The notes below the pieces were generated by a model that was not told the origin of the DNA, did no database searches, and was given only the letters and a program-made list of their open reading frames with translations. From an uncultured Helicobacter sp. (GTDB lineage: Bacteria > Campylobacterota > Campylobacteria > Campylobacterales > Helicobacteraceae), in contig CBCPND010000018.1 in the NCBI GenBank assembly GCA_965120395.1, positions 444 through 64,443 of the forward strand: a stretch of DNA of 64,000 nt, in the 5' to 3' direction. The translations under genes and the position numbers were made by a program. Positions 7,481 through 15,321 of the stretch are shown here, in pieces; positions within the stretch are counted from its first letter, which is position 1, and each line of letters begins with the position of its first letter.

Positions 7481-9403
7481 ATGTTAGAATTATCAGAATT
7501 GCAAGCAATGCTAGAGATAGACTCAATGAGTGCAGATAGTGCTTTAAGAGAGTATAAGGACTCTAAAGCGTATTATCACGGACACCAAATCGACCCCGCT
7601 ACTCTTGGGATCATACAAGCGCGCGGGCAAGTGCCAGTGTATGAAAACATCTTTAAAATGATTTGTGATAAGATTCTAGGTTACAAAATCCAAAGCAGCA
7701 CAGAGATAAAAGTTTATGGCAGGCAAGAAGAGGATAAGGCTTTAGCGAATTTGTTATGCGATTTACTCAAGGTGTTTAATCAACAAAACAATTATGAAAA
7801 AGAAATCTATAAGCGGGATTTTGATTTGCTGATGGGATTAAGCGTTGTAGAGTTATGGATAGAGCAAGACACACATAATGATAAGCACATCACACTAAAG
7901 CACATACCTACTGACTGCTTTATGATCGATGCGTATTCTATCGACAAAAACGCCATTGATGCTACGCGCTTTCACAAAAAACAAAACATTAACTACTACG
8001 AAGCAAGGGCAATAATCGGAGAGGAGAAAGAAATCTATGTTAGCAAGGAAGATATAGCCGACAAGCGCGCTTTTATTATAGAATCTTGGATTAAAGAGCC
8101 ACACGAAAAGCTAGGTTTTTCTTGGAATCGCTATCTATGGCATAGCAATGGCGGAATCTACAAATACGAAGTCGCACCCTTTAAAAACGGCGCGCATCCT
8201 TTTGTAATCGCAAAATACAATATCGATGAAAAAAATAATTGGTATGGATTATTTCGCGACATTAAGCCGATACAAGATGAAATTAATTTTAGCGAGATAA
8301 AGACGGGTAATTTGCTAGGAAGCGTAAAAGCGCTTTATGAAAGTGATGCAGTGGATGATGTCGATAGTTTCGCGGATAACATAGGGAAAGGCAATGCTTT
8401 AATACAAGTGCGAAGCGGAGCATTAAAAGAGGGCAAGATAGAATTTATCCAACATCAAGCAGACATTAGCGCACTAACTCAAAGAGCAGACATTAAGCGC
8501 ACGCTAGCAAAAGTAATAAGCGGGCTTAACGAGGAAGCATTAGGACAAGCGGTTAATCGACAAAGTGGCGTAGCGATAGCCCAAAGGCGAGAACTTGGCT
8601 TGCTTGGCTTGCAGTATTATGTCAAAAGCGCGGATGACATGGATAGGCTTTTGTATGAAAAAGTGCTAGATTTCATCCAGCACTACTACACAAAAGAACA
8701 AGTTTTTAGAATCACAGATAAAAAGACAGGTGAAAGATACTTTAAAATCAACACAGACGAAAACAACGCGATTAAAATCGGTTGCTTTGATTTGGTGTAT
8801 AAAACACAGCTTAAAACGCAAGGTCGAGAGGAAAGGTTTGCACATTGGGCAGAGATTCTAAAGACTATCGGAAGCGTGCGAGGCGATATTTTGCCACAAT
8901 TGCTACCATTGATGCTAAAAGATACAGATAGCCCGATAATCGAGGATATCGAGGAAGTGCTAGCAAATGCAGAGGCACAAGCACAAGAAGCACAACAAGC
9001 ACAAGCACCTATGCAGCAAAAAATGCAAGAACTAGAAATGGCTAAAATGCAAAGCCAGATAGCTAAACTTAATGCAGAAGTCGCAAAACTAACATCACAA
9101 GCTGAAATGCTTGCTAAATCTACAGAGCTTATACAAGAACAAAGCGCGGATTCTAACACCAGCGCGGATGGCTTGGAGAGAAGCGATTCTAACCGCACTT
9201 CTAGCGCGCAGAGCCAAAACACACAAAAAGAGCAAAACCGCGCGACCCAAAATCAAGAGCCAAGCACAAGCGCGCAAGAAGCCAAAAGAGCAGAGCCAAA
9301 AACAAGCAACAACAATGGCTTACCGGGCAAAGAAAAAACAGGCATAGAAATACCCAACATCGTAAGACAAAAAATGCAAATATCTAAAAATGATATGCGT
9401 TAA
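7481..9403 (+). CDS. Putative portal protein with long helical / low-complexity C-terminal extension
   Basis: 640 aa, the largest ORF in the island. The central region resembles portal cores (..IKPIQDEINFSE.., recognised by eye). The last ~150 aa are Q/A/E-rich coiled coil followed by an S/T/N/Q-rich tail. Confidence 0.5.
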   Translation: MLELSELQAMLEIDSMSADSALREYKDSKAYYHGHQIDPATLGIIQARGQVPVYENIFKMICDKILGYKIQSSTEIKVYGRQEEDKALANLLCDLLKVFNQQNNYEKEIYKRDFDLLMGLSVVELWIEQDTHNDKHITLKHIPTDCFMIDAYSIDKNAIDATRFHKKQNINYYEARAIIGEEKEIYVSKEDIADKRAFIIESWIKEPHEKLGFSWNRYLWHSNGGIYKYEVAPFKNGAHPFVIAKYNIDEKNNWYGLFRDIKPIQDEINFSEIKTGNLLGSVKALYESDAVDDVDSFADNIGKGNALIQVRSGALKEGKIEFIQHQADISALTQRADIKRTLAKVISGLNEEALGQAVNRQSGVAIAQRRELGLLGLQYYVKSADDMDRLLYEKVLDFIQHYYTKEQVFRITDKKTGERYFKINTDENNAIKIGCFDLVYKTQLKTQGREERFAHWAEILKTIGSVRGDILPQLLPLMLKDTDSPIIEDIEEVLANAEAQAQEAQQAQAPMQQKMQELEMAKMQSQIAKLNAEVAKLTSQAEMLAKSTELIQEQSADSNTSADGLERSDSNRTSSAQSQNTQKEQNRATQNQEPSTSAQEAKRAEPKTSNNNGLPGKEKTGIEIPNIVRQKMQISKNDMR

Positions 9404-9406
9404 AGA

Positions 9407-9619
9407 ATGAAAAAGAAACTGAAACTAGAAAAAGCCATCAAAATCTTGCTTGGCACACAAAATGCACGCGTGGTAAGGTTTATCACACACGACACGACAT
9501 TAAACTTGAAAATCAAGCGCGAGAATGAGCACTTAAAAGTTATCGTGTTAGATGAAAAAGGATTTGTTTTAGATGAATTTAGCTTAAGCACTTTTAGTTT
9601 GAATCTTATAGCGATTTGA
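9407..9619 (+). CDS. Hypothetical small phage protein
   Basis: 70 aa, starting 3 nt after the portal-like stop. Last ORF before the non-coding junction. Confidence 0.35.
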   Translation: MKKKLKLEKAIKILLGTQNARVVRFITHDTTLNLKIKRENEHLKVIVLDEKGFVLDEFSLSTFSLNLIAI

Positions 9620-9692
9620 TGTCGCGCAGTGGCTTAAAGCGAACAAGTGATACATTTAGCGCGCAGTTAATAAGCTTTAGATATAATAAGGT

Positions 9693-9770
9693 ATGAAAAA
9701 ACCTATAGTAACGATATTTGCAGGTTTGCCTTGTTTTGCGTGCATTGCGTGGATTGCGTGCATTGAGTAA
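9693..9770 (+). CDS. Candidate micro-ORF: 25-aa Cys-rich hydrophobic peptide MKKPIVTIFAGLPCFACIAWIACIE
   Basis: TATAAT at 9683-9688 and AAGG just before the ATG. The 9-bp tandem repeat 9736-9762 lies inside it. Confidence 0.2.
   Translation: MKKPIVTIFAGLPCFACIAWIACIE
9736..9770. repeat. 9-bp tandem repeat TTGCGTG(C/G)A x3 plus a partial copy
   Basis: TTGCGTGCA TTGCGTGGA TTGCGTGCA TTGAGTAA, read directly from the sequence. Confidence 0.8.
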
Positions 9771-9820
9771 GTTTTGCTTTGGCAACTTGGAATCTCATTT
9801 AGCTTGCTTTAGATTCTAAT

Positions 9821-10024
9821 CGCGCGCTACATTTTGAATGCACTTTAGTTTTTATCGTGCTTGTTTGATAAGCTACATTGAAAAATCTACACTTCACACC
9901 ACTTCACACCCAAGCGCGCCCACATTTTAAAAAGTCTATTTAAGCCATTTCTACCTTTTTAACCCGCGCGCCACATTGAAAAGCTATACTTTATCGACCA
10001 AAAAACCGCGCCCACATTTAAAGG
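9821..10024 (+). repeat. Five direct iteron-like repeats (GC-rich)-C(T/C)ACATT(T/G)-A-rich
   Basis: Cores CTACATT at 9827 and 9873, and CCACATT at 9920, 9971 and 10012. Start-to-start spacing is 46/47/51/41 bp. Three copies are preceded by GCGCGC-type runs. Confidence 0.7.
9891..9910. repeat. Exact 10-bp tandem duplication ACTTCACACC x2
   Basis: Read directly from the sequence. Confidence 0.9.
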
Positions 10025-10271
10025 CAAGCGATTTTAGGGATTTAAAAAAGCTTTTAAATAAATTTGCTTGCCTTTTTTTAATGGCAAAATTGCAGCGCGG
10101 TTTTGGAATTTGAAAAAAAGAAAGGCAAAATGCAAAAAGTGCAAATTGGTTTTGCTTGGATTTGGCTTTATGGCTTGGTTAGAAAAATTTACGCGGGCTT
10201 TAAATATCGTAGCACGCGAGGTTTAGCGCGGATTTGATTAAGGCTTGATTTCAAAAATTTAGCGCATACTC

Positions 10272-10301
10272 TTGACAAAAGCAGGGCAAAAAAGGTATAG
10301 T
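10272..10301 (+). promoter_or_regulatory. Near-consensus sigma70-type promoter TTGACA-N18-TATAGT
   Basis: TTGACA at 10272-10277 and TATAGT at 10296-10301. No ORF begins within about 200 nt downstream. Confidence 0.35.
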
Positions 10302-10360
10302 TTTTTTGCTTTTTTGGAAGCGTGTTATTTGAAATTGTGTCTTGTAGTGTGTCTAAAAGC

Positions 10361-10390
10361 TTGAAATTTGGCAGTTTTGGCACTTATAAT
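10361..10390 (+). promoter_or_regulatory. Near-consensus promoter TTGAAA-N18-TATAAT (candidate yejB promoter, ~120-nt leader)
   Basis: TTGAAA at 10361-10366 and TATAAT at 10385-10390. Confidence 0.4.
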
Positions 10391-10515
10391 GCAAAAAAAG
10401 GCACAAAAAAATATCGATAATCATTAGGTTAAGAAATTAGGAACTTAACGCTACTTCATAGGATTTTAGCCATAATCCAAACCACCTATTAGAATTCTAG
10501 ATTCTATAAAATTGG

Positions 10516-11568
10516 ATGAAAATGACCTTTTATTTCCTTAAGCGCATTTTGTTGATAATTCCCACACTTCTAGGCATCATCACGCTTAATTTTTTCATCA
10601 TCCAGTTAGCTCCCGGCGGTCCAGTAGAGCACATCACAAGCAAACTCGAGCAAGGCACACATAGCGAAGCAAGCAGTGGCACTAAAATAAGCGATTATAA
10701 AGCTTCAAAAGGACTTGATGTAGAACTCATAGAGGAGCTTAAAAGACAATATGGCTTTGATAAAAGCATAACTGAGCGCTACATTTTAATGCTTAAAAAT
10801 TACCTTACCTTTGAGCTTGGCGAGAGTTATTATCGAAAGATTAGCGTGTGGGATTTGATTTTAGAGAAGATGCCTGTTTCTATTTCTTTGGGGCTTTTTA
10901 GCACATTGCTCATTTATCTTATCTCAATTCCGCTTGGAATCTATAAAGCGCAGAAAAATGGCAGCACGCTAGATTCTATATCTTCGCTTATTATTGTTGT
11001 GCTAAATGCCATTCCGGCGTTTTTGTTTGGGATTTTGCTTATTGTGCTTTTCGCGGGTGGAATCTATTTGGATATTTTTCCATTGCGAGGATTAACAAGT
11101 GATGACTTCGCGCAAATGGGCTATTTTGATAAGATTAAGGATTATCTCTGGCACATTACTTTACCGGTGTTGTGCTTATCTATAGGTGGCTTTGCCACGC
11201 TCACATTACTAAGTAAAAATTCTTTTTTAGAAGAAATGCACAAAGGCTATGTCTTAACTGCCTATGCAAAAGGCGCGAGCAATCAGCGCGTGCTTTATGG
11301 GCATATTTTTAGAAATGCAATGTTGCTTGTGATCTCTTCATTTCCTGCGGCGTTTTTAGGGATTTTCTTAAGTGGAAGCTTGATGATTGAGATTATTTTT
11401 AGCTTGGATGGTTTGGGGCTTTTGGGGTATCAGAGTATTTTAGATCGCGATTATCCAGTCGTCTTTGGCACGCTTTATATTTTTACGCTTTTTAGCCTAA
11501 TTATTGCTGTGGTAAATGATTTTGTTTATACACTAGTTGATCCTAGAATAAATTTTGAAGCGCAGTAA
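10516..11568 (+). CDS. yejB: Peptide/opine-family ABC transporter permease, YejB-like
   Basis: Near-collinear similarity by eye to E. coli YejB (..LAPGGPV.., ..YGFDK.., ..DYLWHITLPVL.., ..FRNAMLLVI.., ..DYPVVFGTLYIFTL.., ..LVDPRI.F). ATG 10522 is an alternative start. Confidence 0.85.
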   Translation: MKMTFYFLKRILLIIPTLLGIITLNFFIIQLAPGGPVEHITSKLEQGTHSEASSGTKISDYKASKGLDVELIEELKRQYGFDKSITERYILMLKNYLTFELGESYYRKISVWDLILEKMPVSISLGLFSTLLIYLISIPLGIYKAQKNGSTLDSISSLIIVVLNAIPAFLFGILLIVLFAGGIYLDIFPLRGLTSDDFAQMGYFDKIKDYLWHITLPVLCLSIGGFATLTLLSKNSFLEEMHKGYVLTAYAKGASNQRVLYGHIFRNAMLLVISSFPAAFLGIFLSGSLMIEIIFSLDGLGLLGYQSILDRDYPVVFGTLYIFTLFSLIIAVVNDFVYTLVDPRINFEAQ

Positions 11569-11630
11569 TTTTAAGTATTTTTTAATTATTTTTATCATAA
11601 ATATTATCCATTTTATTTTAAGGAGCACAA

Positions 11631-12707
11631 ATGCAAAAAAAAATTAGACAGCTTTTATCACAAGTGATATATCCAAATTTTCAAAAAGACATTGTAAGTT
11701 ATGGATTCGTGAGTGAAATCCTCATTAATGATAACAATATAGAAATTTTCATCAATATCCCTTCTAGCGATCCTAAAGTGGCAAAAGCACTTTATGATAA
11801 AATAGACAGGGTTTTGCAAAAAGAAAACATCATTGCCAAAATTCACATTCAAGCCCCAACCCCACAAACTCCACCCAAACCAAAGCCAAAAAACCTAGCC
11901 CCACAAATCAAGCATTTCATAATGGTAAGCTCTGGCAAAGGTGGTGTAGGCAAATCAAGCGTAGCGACAAACCTCGCCATAGCACTTGCGATGCAAGGAA
12001 AAAGCGTTGGAATCTTGGATGTGGATATTTATGGACCAAATATTCCGCGTATGTTTGGCGTGCATAATCAAAAACCAAAGCTAGATTCTAGTGGCAAAAA
12101 GCTTATTCCGTTAAATGCCTTTGGCGTTGATATTATGAGTATGGGCGTTTTGTTTGAAGAGGGGCAGAGTCTCATTTGGCGTGGTCCTATGCTTATGCGC
12201 GCAATTGAGCAGATGTTTAGCGATGTGGTTTGGAGGGAACTTGATGTGATGGTTTTAGATATGCCACCCGGAACTGGTGATGCGCAGCTTTCAATCGCGC
12301 AAAATATCCCAGTAAGTGCTGGAATTGCCGTAATGACGCCTCAGCAAGTAAGCCTTGATGATGGAGCGCGAAGTTTAGATATGTTTGAAAAGCTAGATAT
12401 TCCGATTGCTGGGGTCATCGAAAATATGAGTAGCTTTGTGTGCCCAAATTGCAATGAAGAATATGATATTTTTAGCAAAGGTGGCAGTGCACCGCTTGCT
12501 AAAAAATATAACACTCAGATTCTAGCTCAGATTCCGCTTGAGAAGCAAATCCGCGAAGGCGGTGATAATGGGCAGCCGATTGTGTATTTTAACCCAGAAT
12601 CTAAAAGCGCAAAAGAATTTATAAAAGTCGCTATTGAAACATTAGAATTCTTACAAAAAGTAGAAAAGGAAAATCTAGCAGATAACTCCTCCATCCAGCC
12701 ACAATAA
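11631..12707 (+). CDS. apbC: Fe-S cluster carrier ATPase Mrp/ApbC
   Basis: Deviant Walker A SGKGGVGKSS and a CPNC motif. N-terminal DUF59-like domain. 358 aa. Confidence 0.9.
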   Translation: MQKKIRQLLSQVIYPNFQKDIVSYGFVSEILINDNNIEIFINIPSSDPKVAKALYDKIDRVLQKENIIAKIHIQAPTPQTPPKPKPKNLAPQIKHFIMVSSGKGGVGKSSVATNLAIALAMQGKSVGILDVDIYGPNIPRMFGVHNQKPKLDSSGKKLIPLNAFGVDIMSMGVLFEEGQSLIWRGPMLMRAIEQMFSDVVWRELDVMVLDMPPGTGDAQLSIAQNIPVSAGIAVMTPQQVSLDDGARSLDMFEKLDIPIAGVIENMSSFVCPNCNEEYDIFSKGGSAPLAKKYNTQILAQIPLEKQIREGGDNGQPIVYFNPESKSAKEFIKVAIETLEFLQKVEKENLADNSSIQPQ

Positions 12708-12725
12708 GTGCTTAAAGCACTTATT
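12705..12725. terminator. Hairpin between convergent apbC and lctP (bidirectional terminator candidate)
   Basis: ATAAGTGC-TTAAA-GCACTTAT, an 8-bp stem that overlaps the apbC stop codon. Confidence 0.45.
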
Positions 12726-12733
12726 GATATAGA

Positions 12734-14449
12734 TCAATTAGGCATAATCCACGGAAACCAAAACGCCATAGCATAAGTGAAAAATCCTACAATAATCACA
12801 AGTGCCACAGAATATTTCGCTGTAAATCTAAACAACTCAGATTCTCGCCCAACCAATCCAACGGCTGCACACGCAATAACTATACTTTGGGGGGAAATCA
12901 TTTTGCCAATGACGCCACCCACGCAGTTTGCTGCCAAAAATAATATATCAGAAATACCAAGTTTGTTTGCTGTAAGTTGCTGAAGTGTTCCAAAAAGAAT
13001 ATTTGAACTCGCATCACTTCCTGTCAAAAATACACCAAGCCATCCCACAATAGGAGAGAAAAATACGAACGCTTCACCTGTATTTGCAAGTGCTAATGCT
13101 AAAGTTGCTAATATACCGCTGTAATTTGAGATGTATGCAAATCCTACAACCAAAGAAATCGTCAAAATAGCAAATTTCATTTCATTGAGTGTCTCACCAA
13201 ATGTCTTAACTGCTTCTGTAATTTTTACCTTAAGTAATACCATAGTAATTAATGCAGCAATAAAAATTGAAGTGCCTACAGTATTGATTAGAGGCAAATC
13301 AAATAATGATTTCATAACCTTATTCTCTCGTGCAACTTCTGTAGTTTGGATAATGCTACCAAGTTCGCTAAAATTAATCTGTAAAACAAAAGAATTTAAG
13401 ATTCCAGCTTCTTTGATAAGCTCCATTTCTCCGTTTGCATTTGTGCCATATTGTGCTGATGCAAATAAATCTTTAAACCAATCTTGAGTCCAAATTACAA
13501 TCATAAAAATCAAAATTATAAAAGGCATCCAAGCTAAAATAATTTGCTTTGTGGAATATTTCTTGCCCTGCGATATATCGCTATCCACAGAGGCATTATT
13601 TTCAAATTTAAAAATATTTTTTGGTTGCCAAAAGCGTAAAAATACTGCCACGCAGACAATCGATGTAATTGCTGATAAAACGCACAATTCTGGTCCAAGG
13701 CGTGTGGCTGTGTAATACTGCACAATAGTAAAACTTCCTCCAGCTACTAAAGCCACAGGCCAAGTTTCTTTGAGTCCTTTAAGACCATCCATTAAGAAAA
13801 TCAAGAAAAATGGAACAAGCACCGAAAGTGGAGCGAGCATATGCCCTACCATTGAGGAAATTTTAAGCGCATATTCGCTTGTGCTAAATCCTGCTGTATC
13901 CACAACTCCAGCCATAGCAATAATAGGAATCCCCACAGCTCCAAAAGCAACTGGCGCGGTGTTGGCAATCAAACAAAGTCCCGCTGCATACAATGGTCTA
14001 AGTCCAAGTCCAACTAAAAGAGCCGCAGTAATAGCAACGGGACCACCAAAACCAACCGCACCCTCTAAAAACGCACCAAAACAAAATCCAATCAAAATAA
14101 CTTGAATCCGCTGATCTGGCGTGATAGCAATGATAGATTCTCGCAGAATATCAAAATAGCCCGATTTAACTGTAAGCTTGTAAAGAAAAATTGCTGCAAT
14201 TATAATCCAAGCAATAGGCCACAGCCCATACAGCGCACCAAACAAAAAGCTATAACCTACTTTTGATGCAGGCATACCATAAACAAATATCGCAATTAGT
14301 GCTGTTAGAATAACAGTGAGCAATCCTGCCGTATATCCCTTTAGCTTAAATACAATTAATGAAACAAAAAACAAAACAATTGGCAAACACGCTACTAACG
14401 CGCTTAACCATCGATTATCAAGTGGATTATATACCTGTGTCCATTCCAT
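12734..14449 (-). CDS. lctP: L-lactate permease
   Basis: 571 aa polytopic protein. The N-terminus (W.Q.Y.P....LSALVA.LPI) and overall sequence match the LctP/LldP family. Confidence 0.9.
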   Translation of the reverse strand: MEWTQVYNPLDNRWLSALVACLPIVLFFVSLIVFKLKGYTAGLLTVILTALIAIFVYGMPASKVGYSFLFGALYGLWPIAWIIIAAIFLYKLTVKSGYFDILRESIIAITPDQRIQVILIGFCFGAFLEGAVGFGGPVAITAALLVGLGLRPLYAAGLCLIANTAPVAFGAVGIPIIAMAGVVDTAGFSTSEYALKISSMVGHMLAPLSVLVPFFLIFLMDGLKGLKETWPVALVAGGSFTIVQYYTATRLGPELCVLSAITSIVCVAVFLRFWQPKNIFKFENNASVDSDISQGKKYSTKQIILAWMPFIILIFMIVIWTQDWFKDLFASAQYGTNANGEMELIKEAGILNSFVLQINFSELGSIIQTTEVARENKVMKSLFDLPLINTVGTSIFIAALITMVLLKVKITEAVKTFGETLNEMKFAILTISLVVGFAYISNYSGILATLALALANTGEAFVFFSPIVGWLGVFLTGSDASSNILFGTLQQLTANKLGISDILFLAANCVGGVIGKMISPQSIVIACAAVGLVGRESELFRFTAKYSVALVIIVGFFTYAMAFWFPWIMPN

Positions 14450-14516
14450 AAAAGCTCCTTTAGCAATAGTGAAGCTATTCTAGCAAAAAAAATCTAAAAA
14501 TAATTCTTAAATTACA

Positions 14517-15287
14517 TTATTGCTCTTGGATTTCTTGCTTAATTCCCAAAATAAGATGTGAAATATTCGCGCTGTAGCTTTTAATGATCTTTGTTTGGAT
14601 TCCAACTTTAGCAAATTCTTGTGCAAGTTCTTGAGGTGTAAGAAAGCTGTCCATAGAATCTGGTAAATATTTATATGCAGCATAATTTTTAGAAATCACA
14701 CCGCCAATTAAAGGCAAAATATACTTTGTATAAAAGCTTGTGATGTAATCAAGCAAGCTTGGATTTTGCTTCTTAAAAAAATCTAAAACGACAATTACGC
14801 CACCATTTTTTAGCACCCTTGAAAATTCGCTAATCGCCTTTTTATATTCCACCACATTGCGCAATCCATATGCAATGGAGAGAATATCTACGCTATTAGA
14901 TTCTATCATCTCAAGATTCTGAGCCTGCCCGACAAAAAGATTTATATCTTTTGATTCTTCATCACTCGATTTGATGTCTTTAAGCTTGGTTTTTGCCACT
15001 TCAAGCATTTTGATAGATGGATCAACGCCAATGATAGAATCTGTAGCGATATTGTGTTTTTTGGCTTGGATTTGCCAATGTAAAATCATATCTCCAGTGC
15101 CACAAGCCACATCTAAAATGCGCTCAATTTTATTTTTTTGCAGTGCTTCAAAAGCTCTTTGGCAAGCATTAATGCGCCAAGAAATATCAATGCCAAGACT
15201 CAAGATTCTATTAGCCTTATCATAATCTTTGGCAATCGCATCAAACATCTCAACAATTTGGCTTTGTTTGTCCATTTGTTTATTCAT
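14517..15287 (-). CDS. ubiE: Demethylmenaquinone/ubiquinone C-methyltransferase UbiE/MenG
   Basis: MFDAIAKDYDKAN..., SAM motif VACGTGDM, and the LRNV motif. Start trimmed to MNKQMDK (AAGGAC RBS) so it does not overlap argH. Confidence 0.85.
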   Translation of the reverse strand: MNKQMDKQSQIVEMFDAIAKDYDKANRILSLGIDISWRINACQRAFEALQKNKIERILDVACGTGDMILHWQIQAKKHNIATDSIIGVDPSIKMLEVAKTKLKDIKSSDEESKDINLFVGQAQNLEMIESNSVDILSIAYGLRNVVEYKKAISEFSRVLKNGGVIVVLDFFKKQNPSLLDYITSFYTKYILPLIGGVISKNYAAYKYLPDSMDSFLTPQELAQEFAKVGIQTKIIKSYSANISHLILGIKQEIQEQ

Positions 15288-15321
15288 CAGCGTCCTTTGT
15301 GATATTTTGCAATCCTCCTTT

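Larger units (their letters stand above)
1..9620. mobile_element. Partial prophage / phage-derived island (head-morphogenesis module; left end off-window)
   Basis: Tightly packed, mostly + strand ORFs with AAGGAG-type RBSs and no housekeeping resemblance. Contains scaffold-like, capsid-like and portal-like proteins. The AGATTCT/AGAATCT heptamer that is abundant in the rest of the window is locally sparse. Ends at a repeat-rich non-coding junction. Confidence 0.6.

Noticed and set aside
8686-9222. Long antisense ORFs inside well-supported genes, e.g. 8686..9222(-), 26487..26969(+), 30020..30730(+), 36408..36857(-), 49670..50074(+), 53681..54130(+)
   Set aside because: Each lies entirely within and opposite to a gene with clear family motifs. 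They have biased, low-complexity or Ser/Leu/Ile-rich composition and no RBS, which is typical of shadow ORFs in AT-rich genomes.
9736-10024. CRISPR array in the repeat-rich junction
   Set aside because: The repeats are only 7-18 bp, imperfect, and spaced 41-51 bp without the regular repeat-spacer structure. No cas genes are present in the window.
10189-10383. 64-aa minus-strand ORF in the junction region
   Set aside because: It has no RBS, a basic low-complexity sequence, and lies across the two plus-strand promoter-like elements. It is more likely non-coding.
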